Positions 9,341 to 19,578 of a stretch of 64,000 bases of DNA are shown here, in pieces. Origin of the DNA: Candidatus Omnitrophica bacterium UBA6249 (GTDB taxonomy: Bacteria > Omnitrophota > Gorgyraeia > Gygaellales > Profunditerraquicolaceae). The notes under the pieces were generated by a model. It was given only the letters and a program-made list of their open reading frames with translations. It was not told where the DNA came from and did no database searches. Within the stretch, counting starts at the first letter, position 1; each line of letters opens with the position of its first letter. Where the stretch lies: positions 76,839-140,838 of the forward strand of contig DJVT01000009.1 in NCBI GenBank assembly GCA_002441305.1. Reading direction: 5' to 3'. The translations under genes and the position numbers were made by a program.

Positions 9341-10724
9341 TTTTTTTAATAAATATATTTCTTTTATTAAGATATTATTTTTTGTTTTTTTGTTGGGTGT
9401 TCTATCTTTTGGAAGAGCCTTTTCTATAGTTAATCTAAAAATAGAATCCACCCCTCTTTTTGTTACAGAAATATTCTTATTATGTTCAGCGCCTTTAATA
9501 GCAGCCAAAATTAAAAAGATAATTAAGATTGCTCCTTTGTTTTCTGGTTTAATGTTTGCCTATGTTATATTAGGACTATTGCATCTTATTTATAGTTTTC
9601 CTGCCGCTGGATTTTTTGCTCTTCGGGATTTTACTTTTTTATGTGCCTATTCATTATTTTTGCCAGTAGTAGTGGTTTGTATTGATAATTTGAAGGCTTT
9701 AAAGGCCTCCGTTTATATTATTGTTTTTGCCAACATCATTGCAATCGGAATAGGAAGTTTGTTGATTTTTGGAGGCCCTAAAGTAGAAGCCTATGGTTTT
9801 GTTTCTAATGCCAAGAGTTTTCAGATCGGTATGGTTTATGGAATAAGTTCTATTTTTTTGCTAACTTTGTATAATTTCTTTGATAGGAAATTTCTTAGGT
9901 TATTAATCCTATGTTTGGTTTCTTTAAATTTATATATGATTGTAATTTTAAGTGTGAGGAGTCTGTGGTTAGCTGTAATTTTATCAGCCATTTTCTTAAT
10001 GTTCTTAAATGGTTTTAAATCTACGATTAGGGTTTATTTAAAGCTTTTAATTTCTTTTTTGATGATTGGTTCTTTGTTGTTCTGTTTTTGTATGCTAACT
10101 TCCAAAACACGTTATTTAGATAATTTTATTAATAAAGGGAAGAGCCTATTTTATGTTCTTGATATTGTTTCGGGAAATTCTTCTAACTTAAATAGGGGCT
10201 CTTTATCAGAAACAGGGCAGGTAGGATACGATAATATTGTTTGGAGGGAGAAAATTTGGAAGCAAACTCTAAATTTTGCAGGCGATTCATTTTTATTTGG
10301 CAAGGGTTTTGGAAATTACCCGGAATATGATATATGGGGGGTAGGTAAACGTCCTTGTAATCCCTTTACAGACAGTAAGATTACTCCAACCCATAACTAT
10401 CTACTCACAGTTTTTTATAAAACAGGCATTGTTGGGCTTACCCTATTTTTTTCTATTAATCTTTTTGTTTTTTATTATGCACTAAAGCATCTAAAAACTT
10501 GTAAAAATGTTTTTGTAGCGATTATTGTAAAGAGTTCGTTAAGTGTATTGTTGCTGTGGTATGTTATGGCTCTATTTTTTGATGTGATAGACTCCCCGCC
10601 TACGAGCATTCTTTTATGGATTTTTATTGGGTTAATATTCGCGGCAGTTAAGGTAGATCATCCTGAAACAAGCTTAGGACATAAAAGTTCCCAACCGAAA
10701 GTGCATATAAAAAATGAGGATTAG
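9327..10724 (+). CDS. O-antigen ligase/polymerase-like (Wzy_C-type) membrane protein
   Basis: Polytopic, 465 aa. It has a large loop with GFGNYPEY and THNYLLTVFYKTGIVGL, resembling the Wzy_C signature. Confidence 0.5.
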   Translation: MLNYSFFNKYISFIKILFFVFLLGVLSFGRAFSIVNLKIESTPLFVTEIFLLCSAPLIAAKIKKIIKIAPLFSGLMFAYVILGLLHLIYSFPAAGFFALRDFTFLCAYSLFLPVVVVCIDNLKALKASVYIIVFANIIAIGIGSLLIFGGPKVEAYGFVSNAKSFQIGMVYGISSIFLLTLYNFFDRKFLRLLILCLVSLNLYMIVILSVRSLWLAVILSAIFLMFLNGFKSTIRVYLKLLISFLMIGSLLFCFCMLTSKTRYLDNFINKGKSLFYVLDIVSGNSSNLNRGSLSETGQVGYDNIVWREKIWKQTLNFAGDSFLFGKGFGNYPEYDIWGVGKRPCNPFTDSKITPTHNYLLTVFYKTGIVGLTLFFSINLFVFYYALKHLKTCKNVFVAIIVKSSLSVLLLWYVMALFFDVIDSPPTSILLWIFIGLIFAAVKVDHPETSLGHKSSQPKVHIKNED

Positions 10725-12201
10725 AAAATATCTGCCTATTTTTTGCTTCTTATTATTTGTCTTTTTATTGATAGGTGTTACTATTTTTTATGCTCCTTCC
10801 TGGGGGTTAATGGATGATGCACATATGCTTCTTACCGTTAATGCCATATGGTCCAATAGCAACTTTGCAAGTGAGGCTTTAAGGAATATTTTTGATTTTA
10901 GTTGGTATTTTAGACCTTTGACGGCAGGTTATTTCCTGTTGGTTTATCATTTTCTTAAGGGTTACCCCTTATTGCTGTATATTTTAATAATAATTGTTAA
11001 TATGACCGCTATGTTGTTTTGGGGGGTTCTATTTAATTATATTTTTAGAAACGAAAGGGATAATTCGGGAATCTTTATAAATGTTTTTATCTTTCCCCTC
11101 TTCTTTTTTATATTCACTCCATTCTGGAATATGTTTCAATATATATCGTTAGCGGAGAAGTTCATATTTTTCTTTAGCCCTATTGCTATTTATTCTATGA
11201 AACGATACCTTGATACAGAAAAGATAAAGTTTTTCTTGTTTTCATTCTTCTCCCTTTTATTTTTGATATGTAGTAAGCCTTCAGGGGTTTATCTTGTACT
11301 TTGTTTTCTGGTTTATTCTGTGCTTGCGATGATAGTAAACAGGGATAAAAGGGGAGTTAATTTCTTGATTTTTATTGTAAACATTCTTCTGCTATTAGCC
11401 TATTATTTCTTTACTCTTAAATACCAGTCATATGGGTATGCTTCTAAATATAATTTGAATTTATTGTCACTGGCGCATAATTTTCTTAATGCCTCTTTTA
11501 TAATTAAATTACTATTTGTTATCGCAGTTCTAATCGTGTTTAATCAAATTTGGGTTAAGAAAAGGATTTCTTTTTCCGCGGTTATCCCCTTGGGGTTCTT
11601 ATGTTATATAGCTATATTGTTACCGTGGGGAAGCGAAGCGCTCGTTGCTTATCATATCAGCCCGACGACTCCGTATATTATGGGGATGTTTTTCCCACTT
11701 TATTCTTATTTCAATGAGAAATCGCGACAGGTTAGTCCTATAGTAAACTGTTTATTGCTGTTTCTTGTTTTCTCTGCATTTTTTTACGTTATAAGTCCGC
11801 GGATATCAAAAATGGCAGATATCAAGAAAACCGTAAATTTTTTAAAATCCTCTTCCAAAAGTTATCCAGAACCAGAGTTTTTCCTCCCGCCTCCTTTTAT
11901 GGAGTCGGCGCATTCTTTAACTATTTTGAGCGGGATGAAGGTGAATTATATAGACAGCGGAATCCTGTCTTTTTCTTTATTAGGGAATGGGAATAATTTT
12001 CTTATATTAAATGATCAGGCTCCATCTGTGGTTCTGTCAGATATTGGTCTTGGGGATATAATATATCAAAACAATTCTTGGAGGATATATAGGATTAATA
12101 GGGGGGAGGCACCGCAAGAAAAATTTACTACGGAGTTTAGGAGGAATTTTGTAGATGATTTAAAGGATTTGTTAAAAAAACCGCTGTTGATAAAGAATTA
12201 A
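10714..12201 (+). CDS. polytopic membrane protein, unknown function (possible GT-C-type glycosyltransferase)
   Basis: 495 aa with many TM segments and a soluble C-terminal part of about 130 aa. No motif recognised. Confidence 0.3.
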   Translation: MRIRKYLPIFCFLLFVFLLIGVTIFYAPSWGLMDDAHMLLTVNAIWSNSNFASEALRNIFDFSWYFRPLTAGYFLLVYHFLKGYPLLLYILIIIVNMTAMLFWGVLFNYIFRNERDNSGIFINVFIFPLFFFIFTPFWNMFQYISLAEKFIFFFSPIAIYSMKRYLDTEKIKFFLFSFFSLLFLICSKPSGVYLVLCFLVYSVLAMIVNRDKRGVNFLIFIVNILLLLAYYFFTLKYQSYGYASKYNLNLLSLAHNFLNASFIIKLLFVIAVLIVFNQIWVKKRISFSAVIPLGFLCYIAILLPWGSEALVAYHISPTTPYIMGMFFPLYSYFNEKSRQVSPIVNCLLLFLVFSAFFYVISPRISKMADIKKTVNFLKSSSKSYPEPEFFLPPPFMESAHSLTILSGMKVNYIDSGILSFSLLGNGNNFLILNDQAPSVVLSDIGLGDIIYQNNSWRIYRINRGEAPQEKFTTEFRRNFVDDLKDLLKKPLLIKN

Positions 12202-12254
12202 TGTTCTAAGACTTAATTTTAGTACTATGTTTTATAGCTGAGGGTAGGGACTGT

Positions 12255-13043
12255 ATGAATTGTATTCTTAAGTTAAAAGAAAAGTTTATTGTTTTGGGCA
12301 TAAAGATAGATTTAGTACAGATTTTAGAGGTAGTCAGATGCATTTCAGAATGGATCATTAAAAAAGAGTATGGTAATTATATTGTGATCGCTAATGCTAA
12401 TGATGCGCTTTTTGCCAGGAAAAATCCTTTAGTCAGAGAAAGTATGAATCTTAGCTCCTTGACTGTGGCCGACGGGGTCTCTTTGGTTATATTGGCCAGG
12501 CTTAAGGGATATACCTTAAAAAGAAGAGTATATGGTCCGGATCTGATGGCGGAATTTCTGAAGTTTTCCGAAGGAAAAGGGTATTCCCATTTTTTCTATG
12601 GCGCTACGGAAAATACTTTGAAATTGTTGATAAGTAATTTACAGTCTCGATTCTCTTTTTTAAAAGTGGCCGGGAGCTATGCCCCGCCTTTTAAGCCTTT
12701 GAATAAGGAAGAAGATGAAGCTGTGGTCGATATGATTAATAAGGTAAATCCGGATGTAGTTTGGGTCGGGCTGGGATGTCCAAAACAGCAAGTGTGGATG
12801 TATGAACATAAGGATAAATTAAAGGTTCCTGTTATGATAGGGGTAGGGGCAGCTTTTGATTTCTTTGCAGGGACTAAACCACAGGCTCCTCGGTGGCTTA
12901 GAGATTACGGTTTTGAGTGGTTGTTTAGGTTAGTTACTGAACCCAGGCGTCTTTGGCGAAGGTATTTGGTAGATTATCCACTTTTTATTTATTTTATTAT
13001 ATTGGATTTAATTAAAAGACGGATAAAGCTCTGTAAAAAATAG
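12255..13043 (+). CDS. WecB/TagA/CpsF family glycosyltransferase (GT26)
   Basis: TVADGVSLV, YGPDLM, VGLGCPKQQVWM, GVGAAFDFFAG and EWLFRL..EPRRLWRRY are characteristic GT26 blocks. Confidence 0.8.
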   Translation: MNCILKLKEKFIVLGIKIDLVQILEVVRCISEWIIKKEYGNYIVIANANDALFARKNPLVRESMNLSSLTVADGVSLVILARLKGYTLKRRVYGPDLMAEFLKFSEGKGYSHFFYGATENTLKLLISNLQSRFSFLKVAGSYAPPFKPLNKEEDEAVVDMINKVNPDVVWVGLGCPKQQVWMYEHKDKLKVPVMIGVGAAFDFFAGTKPQAPRWLRDYGFEWLFRLVTEPRRLWRRYLVDYPLFIYFIILDLIKRRIKLCKK

Positions 13044-13060
13044 ACTGTCTATGGTATCAT
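13032..13060 (+). promoter_or_regulatory. possible promoter, leaderless geometry (initiating sugar transferase)
   Basis: TGTAAA, 17-nt spacer, TATCAT, then 8 nt to the ATG at 13069. Weak hexamers in AT-rich DNA. Confidence 0.3.
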
Positions 13061-13068
13061 AATTAATT

Positions 13069-14463
13069 ATGTTACATACCGGGAAGTTTGTACATTTTGC
13101 TTATCTTATTATGGATTTGTTTTTGATAAGCATTAGCTTTGTTATCTCCTTCTCTATAAATAAATCAGTTGTCCCGATAGGCCCTGAAGCAAATCAGTTA
13201 TACCTTTCTTTATTTGTCATCTGGGGGTTGTCTCTTATATATGTGCTGAATAAGTTTAATCTCTATAAGACTTCACGAAATATAGGCCTCATAAGCGAAT
13301 TCTTATTGGTCGGGAAAGCTGTCTGTTATGCTTCTATAGCGGCGGCACTTTTTATATTCATACTAAAAATACATGTATTCTCAAGGATAGTTTTCCTGGA
13401 ATCGGTAATTTTCCTGTTTTTATTTCTTAGTTCTTGGCGATTTACCAAGAGGTTATTCGTAAGGAGTCTGATTGCAAGAGGATATTTGAATTATAATGTT
13501 TTAGTGGTAGGTGCAGACAAGGAGACGGAATTATTATTTCAAGAGCTCGCGGATAACCCTTTTTTAGGAGTGAGGGTAGTAGGAATACTTGACGATAAGA
13601 AAGCCGGTGTTTTTTCCGGGTTTAAGGTATTGGGAGGGACAGATAGGCTTGAATATGCGGCAAAGAAATTATTTGTTGACGATATATTTATATCAAAACA
13701 TGCCTGTGGGGTGCATACGCAGGATTTGATTGATAGGTGTATAAAGCTGGATAAAACCGTGAGGCTTCTGGTGGATGATTTTGGTTTGTCGGCCAGGAAA
13801 CTAGAGTTAAGCTATTTAGGGCCCTTACCATTGGTTAGTTACTTTAGTAAGAGTTCCTTAGGGTTCTATAGTGGTTTTAAGCGTATTATAGATATTTGCA
13901 TTTCGGGGATTTTGTTACTTTTATTGTTGCCAATTTTTATCATCATAGTAGCTCTGATTAAGACGATAAGCAGGGGGCCGGTATTCTATATATCTAAAAG
14001 AAGCGGCAAGAAGGGCAAAGTATTTAATTGCTATAAATTTTGCTCTATGGTTAGTAATGCAGATATCTTAAAATCATCTTTAAAACATAAATCAGAGGTT
14101 GATGGGCCGATCTTTAAGATAAAAGACGACCCGCGTATTACTTTGATTGGAAGGTTTCTTAGGAAGTATAGCTTGGATGAGCTGCCGCAATTATTGAATG
14201 TTTTAAAAGGAGATATGAGCCTTGTGGGTCCAAGGCCTTTCCCGGTTGAGGAAAGCGACAGGATAGAGTATAGGCATATCCCTCGGTTAAATATCAGGCC
14301 CGGGATTACCGGGCTTGCTCAGATAAAAGGCAGATCTGATTTGAAGTTTAATAACTGGATGCGTTGGGATATCTGGTATGCTAATAATTTGTCTTTTGGT
14401 CTGGATATGAAGATACTTCTTTGGACTATTCCTGCCGTAATAAGAGCCAGGGGGGCATATTAA
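13069..14463 (+). CDS. polyprenyl-phosphate glycosyl-1-phosphate transferase (initiating sugar transferase, WbaP/EpsL-like)
   Basis: The C-terminal domain reads KRIIDICISG...RGPVFY...KFCSM...DELPQLLNVLKGDMSLVGPRP. The N-terminal part has TM segments plus a Rossmann-like domain. Confidence 0.85.
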   Translation: MLHTGKFVHFAYLIMDLFLISISFVISFSINKSVVPIGPEANQLYLSLFVIWGLSLIYVLNKFNLYKTSRNIGLISEFLLVGKAVCYASIAAALFIFILKIHVFSRIVFLESVIFLFLFLSSWRFTKRLFVRSLIARGYLNYNVLVVGADKETELLFQELADNPFLGVRVVGILDDKKAGVFSGFKVLGGTDRLEYAAKKLFVDDIFISKHACGVHTQDLIDRCIKLDKTVRLLVDDFGLSARKLELSYLGPLPLVSYFSKSSLGFYSGFKRIIDICISGILLLLLLPIFIIIVALIKTISRGPVFYISKRSGKKGKVFNCYKFCSMVSNADILKSSLKHKSEVDGPIFKIKDDPRITLIGRFLRKYSLDELPQLLNVLKGDMSLVGPRPFPVEESDRIEYRHIPRLNIRPGITGLAQIKGRSDLKFNNWMRWDIWYANNLSFGLDMKILLWTIPAVIRARGAY

Positions 14464-14464
14464 G

Positions 14465-15712
14465 TTGAGAGATAAGATATATAATTTCTTTAAGTATTCC
14501 GGTGAATTTGCCTTATATGGGTTGTTGTTTTTTCTCCCTATATCTAACGCTTTAATTGAAACATTTTTCGGTATTGCTTTATTTTCTTTTATCGTAAGAA
14601 AGACCATTAAACCTGACTTTAGTAGTTTTAAATTCTGGCCGAATTTTATCCTTTTCCTCTTTTTTATTTTCATCGGTTTATCTTTGTTGAATAGCGGAGA
14701 ATATTTTCAGAAGAGCCTTTGGGCTTGGTTTGCCAAATGGGGTCAATATCTCGGGATTTGTTTTATAGTCCAGGACACTATTTGGGATAAAAAGATTTTA
14801 AAACGTATTGCGATAGTCTTTTTAGCAAGTGCGGCTTTAGTCGTAGCCTCAGGATTTACTCAACATCTTTTTGGCATCGAGTTCTTGCGGGGAAGGGGGG
14901 TAATGCATATTGGAGATAAATTTCGCGCAATCACCTCTTCTTTTAGTCACTATAATTCTCTTGGTGTGTATATGGTTGTTGTAATCCCTTTGCTTGTGTC
15001 TTTATTCATTTATGCTTTGAAAAAGAAAAACAGTATCGCTTATTTATTGGGTTTATTTTTATTTTTCTCATTTACTGCCGATATTCTTACTTTTTCACGT
15101 GGAAGTTGGGCAGGGCTAACTTTTTTCTTTATATTTCTATTGTTATTATCCAGGGACTGGGCTGATCGCCGGATCGTCATTTTTATAGTTGCATCTTTCG
15201 GTATTTATTTTGTTTCGATTTCCTATTTTGCCCAGTATATTTCTTCTCAGTCCGTACACAGCATCACTGCTTTTCTTCCGACAGAGAGGCTCTTTTTTAC
15301 TTTTCAGCCTGGGGGAGATTCCGATAGATTCAAATATTGGCATGTCGCCTTCAAGATGATCCAGGAGAATCCCTATTTTGGTAAAGGGGTTGGGACTTTC
15401 ATGGATTATTTTTCCAAGTATCTTCCTGGTGTTAAAGTGTCTTATGCACATAATTGCTACTTGCAGATATTCGCAGAGACAGGAGTTTTTAGTTTAGCAA
15501 GTTTCCTATTTTATATAATCACTATTTTATTTTTAGGAGTAAAAAGTTTTTTAGCTAAAAATGATTATATTATTTTGGGTATTTTAGGAGGATGCTTTGC
15601 ATATTTAGTGCACGCTTTTTTTGATACTTCGCTTTATTCTTTGCCGCTTGCGTTCTTATTCTGGATGTGGGTGGGGTGCTTGGCTGCATTAATTAGATTG
15701 AATAGGGGTTAG
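14465..15712 (+). CDS. O-antigen ligase/polymerase-like membrane protein
   Basis: Polytopic. TFSRGSWAGL and AHNCYLQIFAETGVFSL are Wzy_C-like. TTG start. Confidence 0.55.
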   Translation: MRDKIYNFFKYSGEFALYGLLFFLPISNALIETFFGIALFSFIVRKTIKPDFSSFKFWPNFILFLFFIFIGLSLLNSGEYFQKSLWAWFAKWGQYLGICFIVQDTIWDKKILKRIAIVFLASAALVVASGFTQHLFGIEFLRGRGVMHIGDKFRAITSSFSHYNSLGVYMVVVIPLLVSLFIYALKKKNSIAYLLGLFLFFSFTADILTFSRGSWAGLTFFFIFLLLLSRDWADRRIVIFIVASFGIYFVSISYFAQYISSQSVHSITAFLPTERLFFTFQPGGDSDRFKYWHVAFKMIQENPYFGKGVGTFMDYFSKYLPGVKVSYAHNCYLQIFAETGVFSLASFLFYIITILFLGVKSFLAKNDYIILGILGGCFAYLVHAFFDTSLYSLPLAFLFWMWVGCLAALIRLNRG

Positions 15713-15720
15713 GAGGTAAG

Positions 15721-16494
15721 ATGAAAGTAGTTATTTTAGCCGGTGGGAAGGGTACGAGAATCAGTGAAGAGACTGAGGTCTTGCCGAAACCGATGGTAGA
15801 AATTGGAGGTAAACCCATTCTTTGGCATATTATGAAGATTTATTCTGCCTATGGATTTAATGAATTTATAATTTGTTTGGGGTATAAGGGCTATCTTGTA
15901 AAGGAATACTTTTCTCATTATTTTATGCATATGAGTGATATTACCATTGATTTATCGAAAAATAATACAAAAATACATACTACTGCTTCTGAGCCGTGGA
16001 AGATAACTCTTGTAGATACAGGTATGGATACTATGACTGGTGGCAGACTAAAGAGGGTGCAGAAATATATAGATAACGGACCTTTTATGTTGACTTATGG
16101 TGATGGTCTATCGGATGTTAATATTAAGGAACTAATTGATTTTCATAAAATGAGTAAGAATTTGGCTACTTTAACTGCTATACAGAATACAGGGAGATTC
16201 GGAGTGCTCGATTTAGATTCCAAGTCAAAGGTTTCTTCTTTTCTTGAGAAACCAAAGGATGAGGGGGCCTGGATTAGCGGCGGTTTCTTTGTACTTGAAC
16301 CGGAGGTTTTCGATTTTATTAATAAAGGCGATTTGGAGGTTTGGGAGAGAGGCCCCTTGGAGAGTTTAGCAGAAGAGGATAAGTTGGGGGCATATAAGCA
16401 TGCAGGCTTCTGGAGCTGTATGGATACTTTGAGAGATAAGCTTGAACTTGAACGTATTTGGCAATCAGGTAAGGCTCCTTGGAAAGTTTGGTGA
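15721..16494 (+). CDS. rfbF: glucose-1-phosphate cytidylyltransferase
   Basis: MKVVILAGGKGTRISEET..PKPMVEIGGKPILWHIMKIYS..GFNEFIICLGYKGY is characteristic. 257 aa, with a strong RBS aggaggt. Confidence 0.9.
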   Translation: MKVVILAGGKGTRISEETEVLPKPMVEIGGKPILWHIMKIYSAYGFNEFIICLGYKGYLVKEYFSHYFMHMSDITIDLSKNNTKIHTTASEPWKITLVDTGMDTMTGGRLKRVQKYIDNGPFMLTYGDGLSDVNIKELIDFHKMSKNLATLTAIQNTGRFGVLDLDSKSKVSSFLEKPKDEGAWISGGFFVLEPEVFDFINKGDLEVWERGPLESLAEEDKLGAYKHAGFWSCMDTLRDKLELERIWQSGKAPWKVW

Positions 16495-16500
16495 TAGTCT

Positions 16501-17484
16501 ATGACTGTGCATGGTAGATTTTGGGACAGAAAAAATGTCCTTGTGACAGGGTTTGAAGGGTTTCTGGGATCCAATTTGACACGGATTCTGGTTTCTTATG
16601 GGGCGCTGGTAACCGGTTTAGACATAAAAGTCAACCGCAAGCAGACAATTTTATCCTCCGATGACTATCAAAAAATAAGAGTTATTAAAGGCAGTGTCGT
16701 AAATTATAGGTTACTGAATAAGGTTATAAAGAAAAACAATATTCAGATAGTCTTTCATCTTGCCGCAGAAGCCTTGGTGGGGAGAGGTTATTCTTCTCCT
16801 CTTAAGGCGTTTAAAAGTAACATATGCGGAACTTGGAATATCCTTGAAGAGTGTCGTTTGACGGGTAATTTGGAAGCTATAGTGGTTGCTTCTAGCGATA
16901 AGGCTTATGGTTCACATGACAAATTGCCCTATAGAGAAAACTATGCTTTAAAGGGAAACCATCCTTATGATGTTTCTAAGAGTTGTGCCGACCTCCTAGT
17001 GAATACTTATTTTAATACGTATGGTTTACCTGTTGCAGTGACTCGCTGCGGGAATATCTATGGCCCCGGGGATTTTAATTTTAGCAGGCTTATACCTGAT
17101 GCGATGAGATGTATGGTAAAAGGAGATATTTTGCAAATACGCAGCAATGGCAAGTTTGTCCGTGACTATGTTTATGTAGAAGATATCGTGAATGGATATA
17201 TTAAAATTGCAGAGTTATTTAAAAAACGTAATTTAGCAGGCGAGTCTTTTAATTTCAGCAATGAGCACCCGTTAACAGTTATGGAAATGATTAAGGTTAT
17301 GTCAAATCTTTCCGCAAAGGGATTAAAATACAAAGTATTGAATTCTGCCAAGTATGAAATTAGAAAACAGTATCTCTCATCGTTGAAAGCCAGGAAAATA
17401 TTAGGGTGGAAGCCAGGGTATGGGGTTAAAGAAGGGCTTAAAAGGACCTATACCTGGTATAGCAAATATTTTATTAAAGAATAG
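16501..17484 (+). CDS. rfbG: CDP-glucose 4,6-dehydratase
   Basis: FWDRKNVLVTGFEGFLGSNL is the N-terminal block and YDVSK is the catalytic motif. It lies directly downstream of rfbF. Confidence 0.8.
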   Translation: MTVHGRFWDRKNVLVTGFEGFLGSNLTRILVSYGALVTGLDIKVNRKQTILSSDDYQKIRVIKGSVVNYRLLNKVIKKNNIQIVFHLAAEALVGRGYSSPLKAFKSNICGTWNILEECRLTGNLEAIVVASSDKAYGSHDKLPYRENYALKGNHPYDVSKSCADLLVNTYFNTYGLPVAVTRCGNIYGPGDFNFSRLIPDAMRCMVKGDILQIRSNGKFVRDYVYVEDIVNGYIKIAELFKKRNLAGESFNFSNEHPLTVMEMIKVMSNLSAKGLKYKVLNSAKYEIRKQYLSSLKARKILGWKPGYGVKEGLKRTYTWYSKYFIKE

Positions 17485-17486
17485 AG

Positions 17487-18227
17487 ATGAAAATTTATTT
17501 TTTAGGTACGAATGGTTGGTATGATACTAAATTAGGCAATACCCTTTGTGTTTTAGTTGAATCTAGCAAAGCTTATGTAATTTTTGATGCGGGGAATGGG
17601 CTGTATAAAATAGATAAATATATCAGGGACAGCCGCCCGATTTATTTATTCTTAAGTCATTTTCATTTGGATCATATTATTGGGTTGCATGTTCTTAATA
17701 AGTTTAATTTTTCTCAGGGGGTTAATGTCTTTGGGCCTAAAGGTGTTAAAGAGATGTTTAAGCTTATAATTAATACGCCATATTCAATGCCGGTTTCTCG
17801 GCTTAAGACAAAAATTAAGATAGCTGAAATCAATAAGAATTCAAGATTTCCGTTTGAAATAAGCTTTAAGAATCTTTTGCATACTACTAAATGCTATGGT
17901 TATTGTTTAAAAGTTGATGGAAAAACAGTAACATTTTGTACTGACACCGGTCCTTGTAGTAGTATTAACGATCTATCTAAGGGGGCTGACCTTTTAATAG
18001 CAGAGTCTTCTTTGCCTCCCGGTAAAACCGATAAGAGTTGGCCGCATCTTAACCCGCAGCAGGCTGCCAGGATAGCCAGGGATGAAAAGGTTAAGAAACT
18101 GGCGTTGGTTCATTTCGATGCTGAGGCGTATAAAAATAATGTAGATAAAGATATCGCTGAGAGAGAGGCAAAAAAAATCTTTAAGGATACTGTATCAATA
18201 AAAGATAACACTTGTTTAAGGATATAG
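17487..18227 (+). CDS. MBL-fold metallo-hydrolase (RNase Z-like)
   Basis: HFHLDHIIGL is the HxHxDH motif, and the C-terminal ALVHFD is also present. Confidence 0.7.
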   Translation: MKIYFLGTNGWYDTKLGNTLCVLVESSKAYVIFDAGNGLYKIDKYIRDSRPIYLFLSHFHLDHIIGLHVLNKFNFSQGVNVFGPKGVKEMFKLIINTPYSMPVSRLKTKIKIAEINKNSRFPFEISFKNLLHTTKCYGYCLKVDGKTVTFCTDTGPCSSINDLSKGADLLIAESSLPPGKTDKSWPHLNPQQAARIARDEKVKKLALVHFDAEAYKNNVDKDIAEREAKKIFKDTVSIKDNTCLRI

Positions 18228-18237
18228 GGGTAGAATT

Positions 18238-19578
18238 TTGAGCAAAATAAAATATGCAATTAAAATTAAGAAAGATATTTTAAAGAAAGTTAAGGAATAT
18301 TATAACTGTATTCATAATAACCCCGCAGAATTCTTCCCGGGTAAGACCCATATTCATTACTCGGGAAGAGTTTTTAATGAAAAAGAGTTACAATATTTAG
18401 TTGATGCTGCATTAGAATTTTGGCTTACCTTTGGAAAGTATTCAGAGGAATTCGAAAAACGTTTTTCCCGGTATTTGGGTGTTCGTTGGGCACTATTGGT
18501 TAATTCCGGATCTTCCGCTAATTTACTAGCTTTTATGGCGTTAACATCTCCTTTGTTAAGACAGCGTCAGATTAAACGGGGTGATGAGGTAATTACAGTT
18601 GCAGCAGGATTTCCTACTACTGTCTCCCCTATTATCCAATATGGCGCAAAGCCGGTTTTTATCGATGTAGATCTGGAAACATTTAACGTTGATGTGAGAA
18701 AATTGGAGAAAGCTCGTTCTTTAAAAACAAAGGCTGTCGTTTTAGCGCATACTTTGGGTAATCCTTTTGATATCAGTGCAGTGAAAAAGTTTTGTATTAA
18801 ACATAAACTTTGGTTAATTGAGGATAATTGTGATGCCTTAGGTTCAAAATACGATGGAAAATTAACAGGAGTTTTTGGTGACATCGGCACAAGTAGTTTT
18901 TATCCACCTCATCATATGACTATGGGGGAAGGCGGGGCAGTTTATACAAATAATGCAGTTTTGCATAAAATACTATTGTCTTTGCGGGATTGGGGCAGGG
19001 ATTGTTGGTGCGGGAGCGGTAAAGATAATACTTGCGGGAAACGTTTTTCCAAACAATTTGGTTCATTGCCTTTTGGTTATGATCATAAATATGTGTATAG
19101 TAATTTTGGCTATAATTTGAGAGCTACAGATTTGCAGGCAGCTATTGGTTGCGCGCAACTTGATAAATTAGACAAATTCGTTAATAGACGCAAACGAAAT
19201 TTTAGGCATATTTATAGCAGGTTATCTTTTTTCGATAAAGTTTTTATTTTACCTAAGAAAACGAATGGCAGTGATCCTTCTTGGTTTGGTTTTTTACTTA
19301 CCTTAAAAGACGGAGTACCCTTTTCAAGAAATGATTTGGTGAAATTTCTGGAATCCAAAAGAATCCAAACCCGTAATTTGTTTGCTGGTAATTTAACCCG
19401 ACATCCCTGTTTCGATTCGCTTGTTAAGGGGAAAGATTATCGTATTGTAGGAAATTTAAAGAATACCGATAAGCTTATGAAGGACAGCTTTTGGTTTGGA
19501 GTCTATCCAGGGTTGAGTTTTGGGCAGATTGAGTATATTGTTGACAACATAAGGAGATTTTTAGTTGAGAGAGTTTGA
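18238..19578 (+). CDS. rfbH: CDP-6-deoxy-4-hexulose 3-dehydrase (E1; RfbH/DdhC/AscC type, PMP and [2Fe-2S] dependent)
   Basis: DegT-fold protein. PPHHMTMGEGG carries His where aminotransferases have the Schiff-base Lys. The Cys pattern is C-X57-C-X1-C-X7-C (NC...DCWCGSGKDNTC). Confidence 0.85.
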   Translation: MSKIKYAIKIKKDILKKVKEYYNCIHNNPAEFFPGKTHIHYSGRVFNEKELQYLVDAALEFWLTFGKYSEEFEKRFSRYLGVRWALLVNSGSSANLLAFMALTSPLLRQRQIKRGDEVITVAAGFPTTVSPIIQYGAKPVFIDVDLETFNVDVRKLEKARSLKTKAVVLAHTLGNPFDISAVKKFCIKHKLWLIEDNCDALGSKYDGKLTGVFGDIGTSSFYPPHHMTMGEGGAVYTNNAVLHKILLSLRDWGRDCWCGSGKDNTCGKRFSKQFGSLPFGYDHKYVYSNFGYNLRATDLQAAIGCAQLDKLDKFVNRRKRNFRHIYSRLSFFDKVFILPKKTNGSDPSWFGFLLTLKDGVPFSRNDLVKFLESKRIQTRNLFAGNLTRHPCFDSLVKGKDYRIVGNLKNTDKLMKDSFWFGVYPGLSFGQIEYIVDNIRRFLVERV

